From a virus (Duplodnaviria > Heunggongvirae > Uroviricota > Caudoviricetes), in IMG/VR virus record IMGVR_UViG_2579778784_000007, positions 1-43,367 of that record: a DNA stretch of 43,367 nt; one strand, written 5' to 3'. Position 1 is the stretch's first letter. Each line of letters starts with the position of its first letter. Positions 26,455 to 37,072 of the stretch are shown piece by piece. Under the pieces are notes generated by a model, which did no database searches, was not told the DNA's origin, and saw nothing but the letters and a program-made list of their open reading frames with translations. A program made the translations under genes and the position numbers.

Positions 26455-27708
26455 ATGGCTAACCAATTAGCAAAAGACCTTGAAATCATGTTCGAAAACT
26501 ACGTTGAAGGCTTTGAGGCCGCCTGCGTAGTTTCCCGTAACGCTAAAAAATTCCGTCCCGGTGATACAGCAATGCAGCGAGCAGGTGATGTTCTGTATCG
26601 TCCGCAGCATTACCACATGAACATTGAGGAAGGCCTAGACCTCAGCGGCAAAACGCCAACAGCACTGGTTCAGCGCCTTGTTCCTTCTGTGTTCAAGGAG
26701 CCGAAAAACATTCTGTACACTCTGGATGCGCGTGAAATGCGTGACCCGGAACATAAAACTGAAGCTGGTCGCGCCGCAGGTATGCGCCTTGCTGCACAGA
26801 TTGACTCTGACCTGATTTCCATGGTCACGCAGCGTGCTACTAACGTGATCACAATGGCTGACTCAACCACTGGTTCACAGGGCCGTGATTTGTGGAACTG
26901 TGCGGCAGGTATTGATGCCACCATGACGGCGATTGGTGTACCACAGGGTATCAACCGCCGCTCTTTCTGGAACCCCTTCAACTACAAAGACCTTGCTGGC
27001 GAGCTTGGTCACCGTGCCTATGCTCAGGGCGCAACCCTGACAGCATACGAAAAAGCGCAGATCCCTCCGGTTGCGTCCTTCGATAGCTACAAGACCGATA
27101 TTTCTGGTCGTGTTCCGAAGGGTACAGCAACTTCCATTACGCTGGCAGCAGCACCTGCGCACAAGGTTGAAGCGAAAGATGCTAACGAAATGCCAGTGGA
27201 TAACCGACAGGGGACCATTACGGTATCTGCTGAAGGTTTGCAGGTTGGCGATGCGTTTACCATCGCAGGGGTGAATTCCGTACACCAGATCACCAAAGAT
27301 ACCACCGGGCAGCCGCAGGTATTCCGCGTTCTGGCAGTTAGCGGAACGACAGTAACTATCTCCCCGAAAATTCTGCCGCCTGACAACGCGGATGTCGCCA
27401 GCCGTCCATATGCAAACGTTGATGCTAATGCGGCAAGTAGCGCAGCAATCACCATTCTCAACAAAAATGCCGCACCGGCTAACCTGTTCTGGGCTGATGG
27501 TTCTGTTGAACTGATGTACGGCAAGCTGGCGTTCCCAACTGGTCAGGGTCCACAAGTAATGACAGCAACCACCGAGCAGGGCGCTACGCTGATCATGTCT
27601 TACGCCTTCGACCACATCAAAGGTGTAACCACTGCGCGTTTCACCACCCTGTACGGTTGCTCTGTACTTGTTCCTGAATATACGGGCATCGTTATTGCCG
27701 GGCAGTAA
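26455..27708 (+). CDS. Major capsid (coat) protein, P22 gp5-like
   Basis: 417 aa; C-terminal segment NLFWADGSVELMYGKL parallels P22 coat NVFWADDAIRIV; position after scaffold. Confidence 0.88.
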   Translation: MANQLAKDLEIMFENYVEGFEAACVVSRNAKKFRPGDTAMQRAGDVLYRPQHYHMNIEEGLDLSGKTPTALVQRLVPSVFKEPKNILYTLDAREMRDPEHKTEAGRAAGMRLAAQIDSDLISMVTQRATNVITMADSTTGSQGRDLWNCAAGIDATMTAIGVPQGINRRSFWNPFNYKDLAGELGHRAYAQGATLTAYEKAQIPPVASFDSYKTDISGRVPKGTATSITLAAAPAHKVEAKDANEMPVDNRQGTITVSAEGLQVGDAFTIAGVNSVHQITKDTTGQPQVFRVLAVSGTTVTISPKILPPDNADVASRPYANVDANAASSAAITILNKNAAPANLFWADGSVELMYGKLAFPTGQGPQVMTATTEQGATLIMSYAFDHIKGVTTARFTTLYGCSVLVPEYTGIVIAGQ

Positions 27709-27714
27709 TTTTGG

Positions 27715-27738
27715 TGGGGCTTCGGCCCCATTTTTATT
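27715..27738 (+). terminator. Intrinsic terminator (partial) after the coat gene
   Basis: TGGGGC-ttcg-GCCCCA followed by TTTTTATT. Confidence 0.6.
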
Positions 27739-27749
27739 GGGAGAAGACA

Positions 27750-27938
27750 ATGGCACGAACAATGCTCTATAAGCCGGGCAACATGATCACCTGTGGTCAG
27801 TTTGCTGTCGATTACATCATTGTTGATGACGAAGAAGTTAAATCTCACCTGGAAAAAGGCTGGGTAAAAACTCCTGAAGAAACCGCAACGAAGCAAAAAG
27901 TGGCTAAGGCGGAAGAAGATGGCGAAAACGAAGGGTGA
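27750..27938 (+). CDS. Hypothetical small virion-module protein
   Basis: 62 aa from ATG 27750 with GGGAGAAG SD. Confidence 0.4.
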   Translation: MARTMLYKPGNMITCGQFAVDYIIVDDEEVKSHLEKGWVKTPEETATKQKVAKAEEDGENEG

Positions 27939-28380
27939 TCTCGTTCTTAAGGCTTTACGAAAAGCCGGGCTGTATTCCAATGCCACGTTGACAGATGCCG
28001 ACCCTCAGGCAATTGAAGATGCCATTAATGACCTCGAAGACATGATGGCAGCATGGCAGGCGAAAGGTATCGAGCTTGGATATCAGTTTGCGGATACAGA
28101 AAACGGCATCATGCCGTTACCTGACGATGATTCAGGTATCCCTGCATGGGCAAATGATGGCGTCGCTTTGAAGCTCGCTGTGCAAGTGTGCATGGATAAC
28201 GTCATTCAGCCGTCAGACGCTCTCCTTGCCGCTGCTGACAGTGCATATCAGACAATCTGCATCGCTTTAACCAAAATACCACCACTTGAGCGGCGAAATG
28301 ACATGCCTCGCGGTAGTGGTAACAAAAGCGCGTTTACGTGGAATCGGTTTTACATCGAGAAAGATGATCCGAGTACGTGA
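27919..28380 (+). CDS. Head-completion / tail-adaptor protein (P22 gp4-like)
   Basis: 153 aa; N-terminal KTKGDLVLKALRKAGL...TLTDADPQAIEDAINDLEDMMAAW resembles P22 gp4. Confidence 0.78.
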   Translation: MAKTKGDLVLKALRKAGLYSNATLTDADPQAIEDAINDLEDMMAAWQAKGIELGYQFADTENGIMPLPDDDSGIPAWANDGVALKLAVQVCMDNVIQPSDALLAAADSAYQTICIALTKIPPLERRNDMPRGSGNKSAFTWNRFYIEKDDPST

Positions 28381-28389
28381 GGTGAATAA

Positions 28390-29808
28390 ATGCCGATTCA
28401 GCAACTTCCGCTCATGAAAGGTGTCGGCAAAGACTTCCGAAATGCCGACTATATCGACTATCTGCCAGTGAATATGCTGGCTACACCCAAAGAAATCCTG
28501 AACAGCAGCGGATATCTTCGCTCATTCCCGGGCATTGCCAAACGCTCTGATGTGAACGGTGTATCGCGCGGCGTCGAGTACAACATGGCGCAGAATGCTG
28601 TTTATCGTGTGTGTGGTGGGAAGCTCTACAAAGGAGAAAGTGAAGTCGGTGACGTCGCCGGAAGTGGTCGCGTATCAATGGCGCATGGTCGAACATCACA
28701 GGCTGTAGGCGTTAATGGTCAACTGGTCGAGTATCGTTATGATGGCACGGTTAAAACCGTCTCAAACTGGCCTACAGACAGTGGATTCACGCAGTATGAG
28801 TTAGGTTCAGTTCGCGACATTACTCGCTTACGTGGGCGTTATGCGTGGTCAAAAGATGGTACTGATTCATGGTTCATCACTGACCTTGAAGACGAATCAC
28901 ATCCTGACCGTTACAGCGCACAATATCGTGCTGAGTCTCAGCCTGACGGCATCATCGGCATCGGAACATGGCGAGACTTCATCGTCTGTTTTGGTTCATC
29001 GACGATTGAGTATTTTTCCCTGACTGGTGCAACCACCGTTGGTGCTGCTTTGTATGTCGCACAGCCATCGCTGATGGTGCAAAAAGGCATCGCCGGAACT
29101 TACTGCAAAACGCCGTTTGCTGATTCCTATGCGTTTATCAGCAATCCGGCAACAGGTGCGCCGTCTGTGTATATCATCGGCTCCGGTCAGGTATCACCAA
29201 TCGCCAGCGCGAGCATTGAGAAAATACTACGCTCCTACACTGCTGATGAACTGGCTGATGGCGTGATGGAATCGTTGCGGTTTGATGCGCATGAGTTGCT
29301 GATTATCCATCTTCCGCGTCACGTCCTCGTGTACGACGCATCTTCAAGTGCCAATGGTCCGCAATGGTGTGTGCTGAAAACAGGCCTGTATGACGATGTG
29401 TACCGCGCTATCGACTTCATTTACGAAGGCAATCAGATAACGTGCGGCGATAAGCTGGAGTCCGTGACCGGGAAATTGCAATTCGATATCAGCAGCCAGT
29501 ACGACAAGCAACAGGAACACCTGCTGTTTACTCCGTTGTTCAAAGCGGATAACGCCAGAGTTTTCGACCTTGAAGTTGAATCTTCAACTGGCGTTGCGCA
29601 GTATGCTGACCGCCTGTTCCTCTCTGCAACTACTGACGGCATCAATTACGGGCGTGAGCAGATGATTGAGCAGAATGAACCGTTCGTTTACGACAAACGC
29701 GTTTTGTGGAAGCGTGTCGGGCGAATCAGGAAAAATGTCGGCTTCAAATTGCGCGTTATCACGAAGTCACCTGTCACTCTGTCTGGCTGCCAGATAAGGA
29801 TTGAGTAA
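28390..29808 (+). CDS. Tail hub protein (P22 gp10-like)
   Basis: 472 aa, same length and position as P22 gp10. Confidence 0.75.
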   Translation: MPIQQLPLMKGVGKDFRNADYIDYLPVNMLATPKEILNSSGYLRSFPGIAKRSDVNGVSRGVEYNMAQNAVYRVCGGKLYKGESEVGDVAGSGRVSMAHGRTSQAVGVNGQLVEYRYDGTVKTVSNWPTDSGFTQYELGSVRDITRLRGRYAWSKDGTDSWFITDLEDESHPDRYSAQYRAESQPDGIIGIGTWRDFIVCFGSSTIEYFSLTGATTVGAALYVAQPSLMVQKGIAGTYCKTPFADSYAFISNPATGAPSVYIIGSGQVSPIASASIEKILRSYTADELADGVMESLRFDAHELLIIHLPRHVLVYDASSSANGPQWCVLKTGLYDDVYRAIDFIYEGNQITCGDKLESVTGKLQFDISSQYDKQQEHLLFTPLFKADNARVFDLEVESSTGVAQYADRLFLSATTDGINYGREQMIEQNEPFVYDKRVLWKRVGRIRKNVGFKLRVITKSPVTLSGCQIRIE

Positions 29809-30761
29809 TGGCTGATTCGAATCTCAATGAGCCGGTAATCATTCAGACTACACGACTCGACACATCAGTCCTTCCACGCAATATCTTCTCGCAGTCGTAT
29901 CTGCTTTACGTTATCGCACAGGGCACTGATGTTGGTAACGTGGCTAACAAGGCCAACGAAGCAGGGAAGGGGGCTTATGATGCACAGGTGAAGAATGATG
30001 AGCAGGATGTCACCCTTGCAGACCATGAATCCAGAATTGAAGCTGCTGAAGCAACTCTCATCAATCATGAAAATAGAATTGCAGCAGCGGAAAGCACTCT
30101 TGCAGATCATGAAACAAGGATTACGGCTGCTGAAACAGAGCTGGCTGATCACGAGACGCGAATTGCTGCCAATGAATCTGAGTTAGCAAAACATGATGCG
30201 CGCATAACTCAGAATACAACTGATATCGACGCACTTGATACCAGGCTCACAGCGGCAGAGGGAAGTATTTCGACGCTACAAAGCACAGTTGGTGATCACT
30301 CAACAAGAATATCTGCGCTTGAGTATGCCACCACGCGCAAGAAATCAGAGGTTGTTTACTCAGGAGTATCAGTAACCATTCCAACAGCGCCGACCAACCT
30401 TGTTAGCCTACTGAAAACGCTCACGCCGTCATCCGGCACGTTGGCACCATTCTTCGACACCGTTAACAACAAGATGGTTGTGTTCAACGAGAACAAAACC
30501 TTGTTCTTCAAGCTGGCGATCGTCGGGACGTGGCCCAGCGGAACAGCCAACAGGTCAATGCAGCTAACCTTTTCCGGCTCTGTTCCTGACACACTGGTAA
30601 GCAGCCGCAACTCGGCGACAACGACCGATAACATCCTGTTAGCTACGTTCTTCAGCGTGGATAAAGACGGCTTTCTTGCCACAAATGGCAGTACGTTAAC
30701 CATTCAGTCGAATGGTGCGGCGTTTACTGCCACAACCATCAAAATCATTGCGGAGCAGTGA
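29808..30761 (+). CDS. Tail needle (P22 gp26-like) with coiled-coil repeats and C-terminal knob
   Basis: N-terminus [45 protein letters not shown] matches P22 gp26; 14-aa repeats ([14 protein letters not shown]-like) at ~30010..30200; extended C-terminal knob as in Sf6/HK620. Confidence 0.85.
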   Translation: MADSNLNEPVIIQTTRLDTSVLPRNIFSQSYLLYVIAQGTDVGNVANKANEAGKGAYDAQVKNDEQDVTLADHESRIEAAEATLINHENRIAAAESTLADHETRITAAETELADHETRIAANESELAKHDARITQNTTDIDALDTRLTAAEGSISTLQSTVGDHSTRISALEYATTRKKSEVVYSGVSVTIPTAPTNLVSLLKTLTPSSGTLAPFFDTVNNKMVVFNENKTLFFKLAIVGTWPSGTANRSMQLTFSGSVPDTLVSSRNSATTTDNILLATFFSVDKDGFLATNGSTLTIQSNGAAFTATTIKIIAEQ

Positions 30762-31240
30762 TGGAAATAAAGCTCATCGATAATCCGGTGAAGCTTGCAG
30801 AATTCCTCAACAACCCGGCAAACACGGGAAATATCGTAGACAGTGGAGATAAATACTACATCAAGCCTGATGCGGTATATCTCGGCATCTACGAAGGATT
30901 AGTGCTGGCTGGGGTTCATGAAGTGCGTAACTTCTGGCATAGCGTTGTTGAATGCCATGCTGTGTACGACCCCGGATTCCGAGGCGAATATGCACTGCAA
31001 GGGCATCGATTATTCTGCAAATGGCTTCTCGAAAACTCACCATTCCTTAACAGCATCACCATGGTTCCTGACATCACCAAATACGGACGGGCAATTATCC
31101 GTTTGCTTGGCGCTACCCGTGTTGGTCACCTTGATGATGCTTATACCAGCAATGGAAAGCCTGTAGGCATCACGATTTATCAGTTACCGCGCTCAAAATA
31201 CGAGGAGCTAAAGAATGTTAATTTTCCAGATTGCCAATAA
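30761..31240 (+). CDS. Virion assembly protein (P22 gp14-like position)
   Basis: 159 aa after the needle gene, ATGA-type coupling; assignment by order and size. Confidence 0.55.
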   Translation: MEIKLIDNPVKLAEFLNNPANTGNIVDSGDKYYIKPDAVYLGIYEGLVLAGVHEVRNFWHSVVECHAVYDPGFRGEYALQGHRLFCKWLLENSPFLNSITMVPDITKYGRAIIRLLGATRVGHLDDAYTSNGKPVGITIYQLPRSKYEELKNVNFPDCQ

Positions 31241-31868
31241 GCACCTCAGCAAAGCTGTTTACTGCAAAGGCGGCAGCGACTCCGGATCTAAAGCCCAGGC
31301 GCGCGCAACTGAAAAGGGCATCGAACTGCAACGTGAAATGTGGCAGACGAACATGCAGAACCTTGCACCGTTCACGCCACTCGCTCAGCAGTACGTATCA
31401 CAGTTGCAAAATCTTTCCTCTCTTCAGGGGCAAGGTCAGGCGCTTAACCAGTATTACAACTCCCAGCAGTACAAAGACCTTGCTGGTCAGGCGCGTTACC
31501 AGAGTCTGGCAGCAGCAGAGGCAACGGGTGGATTAGGCTCTACAGCAACAGGAAACCAGTTGGCAGCAATCGCACCTACACTCGGTCAAAACTGGCTGTC
31601 AGGTCAGATGAACAACTACAACAATCTGGCAAATATCGGCCTTGGTGCTCTTACCGGTCAGGCAAACGCCGGACAGAACTACGCTAACAACGTCAGCCAA
31701 TTGTATCAACAGCAGGCGGCAGCATCTGCGGCTAATGCGAATAAACCATCAGGATTTCAGAGCGCCTTGGGTGGAGCGGCAGCAGGTGCAGCTGCAGGTA
31801 CTGCAATCATGCCTGGTTGGGGTACAGCAATTGGTGCTGGCGTCGGTCTTCTTGGTTCACTTTTTTAA
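31215..31868 (+). CDS. Ejection (internal virion) protein, P22 gp7-like
   Basis: 217 aa, Gln/Ala/Gly-rich low-complexity protein; assignment by order and composition. Confidence 0.6.
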   Translation: MLIFQIANKHLSKAVYCKGGSDSGSKAQARATEKGIELQREMWQTNMQNLAPFTPLAQQYVSQLQNLSSLQGQGQALNQYYNSQQYKDLAGQARYQSLAAAEATGGLGSTATGNQLAAIAPTLGQNWLSGQMNNYNNLANIGLGALTGQANAGQNYANNVSQLYQQQAAASAANANKPSGFQSALGGAAAGAAAGTAIMPGWGTAIGAGVGLLGSLF

Positions 31869-31880
31869 TGGAGGTGTCTC

Positions 31881-33263
31881 TTGGCTACATGGCAACAGGC
31901 TGGTAATTCAGGCGCGCTTCTTGCCGGGTTAGGCGGCATGAACTCCAACGCTCCAAGAGCAAGTGATGCAGACGCCACGCTTGCATACATTCGCCAGAAC
32001 AACGAAATGGAGCGTTCAGGTCGCAATAACATCGGCCTTCAGGCGTTGCAGGGACTGGGTAGTGTCGCTCAAACATATCAAGCCGCAAAGCAACAGGAAG
32101 CGGATGCTGCATTCCAAAAAGAATATGCGGCAGCCATCCAGTCAGGTGATCGGCAGCAGGTTCGAGATCTGATGACCAAATATCCTGGTCAATTAGAGAA
32201 GATTCAGTCTGGTATGAAGTGGGCAGACGAAGACCAGCGCAATTCTATAGGCACCTTAGCGGCTGGCGCACGCCTTGCGGCCTCGTCTCCAGAAGCAATG
32301 CAATCATGGCTGCAAAACAACGCCAAGGAACTGACTCGCGTCGGTGTTGACCCTAATAACGTTGCTCAGATGTATCAGCAGAATCCTTCAGGATTTGGTG
32401 AGTTTGTTGATCACCTTGGAATGTCAGCGCTTGGTCCTAATGATTATTTCAATGTTCAGGACAAGATGGCTGGTCGTGAGATTGACCGAGGCAGGCTGGC
32501 AGAGACAATCCGCAGCAATCAGGCTGGCGAGGCACTTCAGGCGAGAGGGCAAAACCTTTCCTATCAGTCAGCAATGACTGGACACGGACTTGCAGCAGAA
32601 AGACTGGCACTTGATAAGCAGAAATTCGGTTTTGAAGTACAACAGGCACAAAAGAAGGCCGATGAACTTATTAATGCTGCGCCAAAACTATCCGTGAACA
32701 TGGAAAAGGCTATAGAAAAATCAGCAGGTGATGCGGCAGCTAGTCGTAATGCTGCCGATTCAATGACAACGCTTGCTGACACGCTTGAGAAGGAGAAGCC
32801 AACTCCTGGTTTGTTCGGTAACGCTGAAAATATGTTCACTAAGCTTACGGGGCAAGATAACTACCTCCGAGATATGCGGATTAGATTCAACCAACTAGCC
32901 AATGCGCAGGCAACAAAGCTTCTCCCTCCCGGCCCTGCATCAGATAAGGATATTGAGTTTGCAAGGAAAGGCATTCCAAGCGAAACGGATAATCCAATGG
33001 TCATGGCTCGATGGTTAAGGGGTATGGCAAAAATGGAAAGTAATAACGCGAAGTTCAACGAGTTTAGGTCAGAGTGGATGAGTGCAAATGGCAGCCCAGG
33101 ACAATCTGATCGCAACCGAAACATCATGGGGATGGATGTTAAGAAGGGTGAATCATTGAACTCTGCGGCAAAACGTTTTCTTTCCTCAAGTTATGGCGAT
33201 AGCCAACCTCAACAGCAATTGTCCGATGACGAATTAATTAGCAAATATCTCGGAGGGCAGTAA
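31881..33263 (+). CDS. Ejection protein, P22 gp20-like (TTG start)
   Basis: 460 aa; the frame opens after the gp7-like stop and the only start is TTG at 31881, 4 nt after GGAGGTG. Confidence 0.6.
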   Translation: MATWQQAGNSGALLAGLGGMNSNAPRASDADATLAYIRQNNEMERSGRNNIGLQALQGLGSVAQTYQAAKQQEADAAFQKEYAAAIQSGDRQQVRDLMTKYPGQLEKIQSGMKWADEDQRNSIGTLAAGARLAASSPEAMQSWLQNNAKELTRVGVDPNNVAQMYQQNPSGFGEFVDHLGMSALGPNDYFNVQDKMAGREIDRGRLAETIRSNQAGEALQARGQNLSYQSAMTGHGLAAERLALDKQKFGFEVQQAQKKADELINAAPKLSVNMEKAIEKSAGDAAASRNAADSMTTLADTLEKEKPTPGLFGNAENMFTKLTGQDNYLRDMRIRFNQLANAQATKLLPPGPASDKDIEFARKGIPSETDNPMVMARWLRGMAKMESNNAKFNEFRSEWMSANGSPGQSDRNRNIMGMDVKKGESLNSAAKRFLSSSYGDSQPQQQLSDDELISKYLGGQ

Positions 33264-35386
33264 TGGCCTATAGTCGTGAACAGTTGATGACGGCGTTAAG
33301 GAATGCTGATGCTGCCGGCGATACTGAGGGAGCACGTCGCATTGCTCAGATGCTGTCTTCTGGTGATCAATCCACTCAAAACCAATCGCAGCCAGAAGAA
33401 CAATCTCTGGTGGGAAAAGCTACTGACTGGCTCACTGGTGGTCAAAGTGCAGGGCAAATTGCAGAACAGGCTGGTCGTGGTCTGGTAAACATACCATTTG
33501 ACGTATTGCAGGGTGGCGCAAGTCTGATTAATGCAATCAGTCAGGGGCTTGGTGGCCCCAAGGTTTTGGATGATGTTTATCGCCCTGTCGATCGACCGAC
33601 AGACCCTTACGCGCAAGCCGGTGAAACAATTGGTGGGTATCTCCTGCCAATTGGCACAGCGGCAAAAGCTGCTGGAGCGCCAGCAAAGCTCGCTGAAGAT
33701 ATCGGTTCCGCAGGAAACATGATTGCAGGTTCTCTTGCTGATGCTGCAAATCAGGAGGGCGACTTTGCACAAAATGCTGCCATTAACGGTGGTATCAATA
33801 TTGGTGCTCAGGGGATACTTTCTGGGGCTGGAAGGATCTTAACCTCTAAATCACCTCAAGCTCTTGGTGGCGGGGCAATAAATTCCGCTGCTGATGTTTC
33901 GAAAATGGCAAAGTCTGGTACAGGAAGAGAGATTATTGCCAGACAGTCAGCTAACGTGTCAGACGAAATAGCAAAAGCAGCAGATACTGCTGGAATAGAT
34001 ATCAACGCATTAACTCCTGGCATGAGATCAGGTAGTCGTGGTCTTGCTCAGGCGGAGGGGATTCTGGCGTCAAAGCCCGGAATTACACAGGATGCACATA
34101 CCAAAGCATTCAGTGAAATAGAGTCGAAATTTAACTCAGCATTGGATGAGTTTGGGGCTGAAGCAGGAACTGCATCAGAAAAAAGTGCAGCCATAAAACA
34201 AAGGGTTTTGGCAAGTATTGATAAAATGAAAAATTCAGAAAAGGCCGCATGGGATAGCGTCCGCTCCACGATGCCTGACGCAAAGGCCAGAATGTCAAAT
34301 CTGAACGCTACAATTCAGGGTGATATTTTGGCTGGCATGCCGCTAACTCCTGAGATGAAACAATTCGCATCTGCTTATGCTAAAACTGGTAAAAAAGGAA
34401 TCACGTTTGATGCCATGAAGGCATGGCGAAGTAAACTTGCTGACGCAGAGCAGAAGTATATAAGGTCTGGTGAGGCAAATACGGCAAGGCGCATGGCTGA
34501 GCTTCGTGATGCAGCAACGGAAGATATGCGCATAATGGCTCAAAATGGCGGTTTTCTTGATGACTGGCAAAAAGCTAATGATCTGTCAAAGGCAAGATTT
34601 ACAGCACAAGAACAGGCTGAAGCAGCGTTTGGTAGAGACCTTGCAACTGATCAGTTGGTAACTAATGGCTCTAAGGCGTTACAGGGTTCAGCAAAAAGTG
34701 GAACAGGTCAGTTCCATAAAATAATAAGCGCCCTACCTGAGTCGGAACGCGCGCCAGCAATTGCGTCAATATTACAAGATGCAATGTCGCAAGGGGTACG
34801 CGGAGGTAAGTCTGAAGAGGCTGGAATTAAGCATATCGCGACTATTCTTACCCCACAAAACGTGAAGGCAATTAGTCGATATTCTCCAGAACTTGGCAGG
34901 ATTACAAGTTCATACGGAGAACTTGCACGAGCAGCAACAAAGCCACTTCGATATGTTGAACAGACAGGGCGATCTATGCCAGCCATTAGCACTCTTGAGA
35001 ATGGCCTTCATCCAGTTTTAGAGAGCGTATTGTCTGGCGCTTTTCCAACCGCTGGCGCTATCGCAGGGTTCTCTGGAGGAGGTGTTATTGGAGCAATAGT
35101 GGGTGGCGCTGCAGGTGGAGCAATTGATGCAATAGCAAAAGGATCGATAGCGAAATTATCCGCAACCAGAAGCGGTCGTTACGCTATTGAAAAGGCTGTT
35201 CAAGAGGCAACAAAGGCCGTTAAGGTTGGGGCAAGTGATGGTGCATTAGCGGCGGCTGAACGCAGATTTATGGCAAATAAAGCCGCCGTAAAAGCAATAC
35301 GCGATGCTATTGGTAGCGATGAATTCAATCGCTTGTCGAGAGTTGGTATTGTCGCCTCGTTAAGCGGTATGAATGAATATGAATAG
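33263..35386 (+). CDS. Ejection protein, P22 gp16-like
   Basis: 707 aa, Ala/Gly-rich; TAATG overlap with preceding gene; last gene of the ejection-protein trio. Confidence 0.6.
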   Translation: MAYSREQLMTALRNADAAGDTEGARRIAQMLSSGDQSTQNQSQPEEQSLVGKATDWLTGGQSAGQIAEQAGRGLVNIPFDVLQGGASLINAISQGLGGPKVLDDVYRPVDRPTDPYAQAGETIGGYLLPIGTAAKAAGAPAKLAEDIGSAGNMIAGSLADAANQEGDFAQNAAINGGINIGAQGILSGAGRILTSKSPQALGGGAINSAADVSKMAKSGTGREIIARQSANVSDEIAKAADTAGIDINALTPGMRSGSRGLAQAEGILASKPGITQDAHTKAFSEIESKFNSALDEFGAEAGTASEKSAAIKQRVLASIDKMKNSEKAAWDSVRSTMPDAKARMSNLNATIQGDILAGMPLTPEMKQFASAYAKTGKKGITFDAMKAWRSKLADAEQKYIRSGEANTARRMAELRDAATEDMRIMAQNGGFLDDWQKANDLSKARFTAQEQAEAAFGRDLATDQLVTNGSKALQGSAKSGTGQFHKIISALPESERAPAIASILQDAMSQGVRGGKSEEAGIKHIATILTPQNVKAISRYSPELGRITSSYGELARAATKPLRYVEQTGRSMPAISTLENGLHPVLESVLSGAFPTAGAIAGFSGGGVIGAIVGGAAGGAIDAIAKGSIAKLSATRSGRYAIEKAVQEATKAVKVGASDGALAAAERRFMANKAAVKAIRDAIGSDEFNRLSRVGIVASLSGMNEYE

Positions 35387-35388
35387 CT

Positions 35389-35874
35389 TTATCTAATGTT
35401 GCTGCTACTGTTGCATGTGACGGTATTTCCAAATCCTGAATTGCAGTTTGTATAGGTGTCAACACGCGTTGGGTAAGGTTGAGTTATAACAGGCTGTCTC
35501 GCTTTTTGCTCGATCGCTTGCATTGTGTTTACAGCCTGATAATTCAATAAAGCCTGCTGGAATGCTTGGCTTTGTGCTATTTGTTGGGCTTGTTCTTGGC
35601 TTTGTAATTGAACATAAAGATTCTGAAGCTCAAGTCTTGCCTGTGCGTCACTTATCTTGCCTTCATCGACACCTTGCCCGAGCATCTTCGCAGCAAGGAC
35701 ATACAGCTTAGGTGTTGGTGCTGATGCCATGCGTGAGTCGTTCTTCACGCTGGCATCAAGGCAATTAGCCATATCACTAAGCTTTGGATAGCGTTGTTCG
35801 CAACTTGCCTGATAGTCGCTTACTTTTGCGCACCCAGCCAGCAGAAGCGGGATAATTAACAGTGATTTTTTCAT
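35389..35874 (-). CDS. Predicted lipoprotein (candidate superinfection-exclusion factor)
   Basis: 161 aa; signal peptide with lipobox LLAGC; AAGGAGAG SD; encoded antisense to the virion genes in the position of P22 sieA. Confidence 0.7.
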   Translation of the reverse strand: MKKSLLIIPLLLAGCAKVSDYQASCEQRYPKLSDMANCLDASVKNDSRMASAPTPKLYVLAAKMLGQGVDEGKISDAQARLELQNLYVQLQSQEQAQQIAQSQAFQQALLNYQAVNTMQAIEQKARQPVITQPYPTRVDTYTNCNSGFGNTVTCNSSSNIR

Positions 35875-35931
35875 ATAATTAACTCTCCTTAGTTTTGTGC
35901 ATGACGAAATTAACCAGCCATCAGGCTGGTA

Positions 35932-36114
35932 TTAGTCACATTCTATTTCTTTTGTCGACGTCCATACATAAGGGTCTGAGCAAACAACCTCTCCATTTAT
36001 CATGACGTCATAGCCCATTAGATATGAGTTACCACCAACAATCTGAGCGGCGATGACGCTAATGCTGGCGGCGCAGGCTGCACCAAAAACGAAACCAATT
36101 AATATATTTTTCAT
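35932..36114 (-). CDS. Small predicted membrane/secreted protein (60 aa)
   Basis: N-terminal hydrophobic segment [23 protein letters not shown]; immediately upstream of the lipoprotein gene on the same strand; weak SD. Confidence 0.45.
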   Translation of the reverse strand: MKNILIGFVFGAACAASISVIAAQIVGGNSYLMGYDVMINGEVVCSDPYVWTSTKEIECD

Positions 36115-36145
36115 TTTGATTCCAAATAGTTATAGGATGAAAGTT

Positions 36146-36331
36146 ATGACCATAGAAGAACGCCTGAACAACATTGAGTTGAATCAAACCCTGCTTGACC
36201 AGCGACTTTCAGATCTTGAGCTTAAAGATTTGGATGCGCAAATATTAGAAGCAGAGGCCAAGCTCTCCAGCTTAAACCACCGCAAGAAGCAAATCCGCAA
36301 CAGAATTACTCAGGGACGCGGAAGCTGTTGA
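36146..36331 (+). CDS. Hypothetical coiled-coil protein (61 aa)
   Basis: ATG 36146 with AGGA 8 nt upstream; overlaps by 26 bp the 3' end of the minus-strand ORF 36306..36515, so one of the two may be spurious. Confidence 0.3.
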   Translation: MTIEERLNNIELNQTLLDQRLSDLELKDLDAQILEAEAKLSSLNHRKKQIRNRITQGRGSC

Positions 36332-36515
36332 GGTGGGATGCTAGGTCTCTATCGTTAAAATCAAGGCTGCTAATCATTTCATTGTAAATAGCGTTTTTAT
36401 CTTCCATTGGCAGTCTTGAGTAAACCAGACACAGAGCATATTTCAGGGAGTTTAGCTCTTTCTCTAGCTCTTCCTTGCTTGATGTTTTTGACTTAATAAA
36501 CTGTTTTTTATTCAT
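36306..36515 (-). CDS. Hypothetical protein downstream of mnt
   Basis: 69-aa ORF coupled (ATGA-type) to the Mnt-like gene. Confidence 0.4.
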   Translation of the reverse strand: MNKKQFIKSKTSSKEELEKELNSLKYALCLVYSRLPMEDKNAIYNEMISSLDFNDRDLASHLNSFRVPE

Positions 36516-36748
36516 TTTGCATCCTTACCATACATGGTTTTCAGTGTTTCAATCAGCGCATCCCTGAATTTGTCAGCCTCTTTCTGAGCAAATTCATTGC
36601 TATTAAGCGATCTACCACAAACAGCATCTTCGATAATCTGTATTATTTCAGCATTCATGGAACGCTTGTTATGTTGCGCCCTGGCTTTAACCTTTGCCTT
36701 TAACTCTTTGGAAATCCTGATATTTATTTGCGGCTCTTCGCGTGACAT
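36512..36748 (-). CDS. mnt: Mnt-like ribbon-helix-helix repressor
   Basis: EPQINIRISKELKAKVKARAQHNKRSMNAEIIQIIEDAV parallels P22 Mnt DPHFNFRMPMEVREKLKFRAEANGRSMNSELLQIVQDAL; divergent from arc-ant. Confidence 0.75.
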   Translation of the reverse strand: MSREEPQINIRISKELKAKVKARAQHNKRSMNAEIIQIIEDAVCGRSLNSNEFAQKEADKFRDALIETLKTMYGKDAK

Positions 36749-36801
36749 ACCACCTCCATAGCATTTTGGTGATATTACTATTGCATCACTGCGATTACAA
36801 T

Positions 36802-36818
36802 GGTATAACGGTTATACC
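36802..36818. promoter_or_regulatory. 17-bp perfect palindromic operator between mnt and arc
   Basis: GGTATAACgGTTATACC in the 88-bp divergent intergenic region. Confidence 0.6.
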
Positions 36819-36836
36819 AAATTGATTGGAGGTAAT

Positions 36837-37010
36837 ATGATAGTCAAGTCAGACGCACCAAAGTACCCTTTGCGCATCCCATTAGAGGTTAAGTTAGCAA
36901 TCGAGAAGTCAGCGAAAGAAAATGGTCGCTCAATAAATACCGAGATGGTAATGCGGTTAGTGGATAGTTTAAGGCGGGATAGTTCTAAAGGTAATCTAGC
37001 AAAAAGTTGA
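36837..37010 (+). CDS. arc: Arc-like ribbon-helix-helix repressor
   Basis: 57 aa from ATG 36837 (GGAGG SD); PKYPLRIPLEVKLAIEKSAKENGRSINTEMVMRLV parallels P22 Arc PQFNLRWPREVLDLVRKVAEENGRSVNSEIYQRVM. Confidence 0.75.
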   Translation: MIVKSDAPKYPLRIPLEVKLAIEKSAKENGRSINTEMVMRLVDSLRRDSSKGNLAKS

Positions 37011-37072
37011 AGCCCCAACTGCGGTAACAGTCAGGGCTTCGTTATCAACAAATCGGCTTAGGAAATATTGAC

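Noticed and set aside
26875-27762. 295-aa minus-strand ORF
   Set aside because: Lies entirely antisense within the well-supported coat gene, has no SD, and has a composition typical of an antisense frame.
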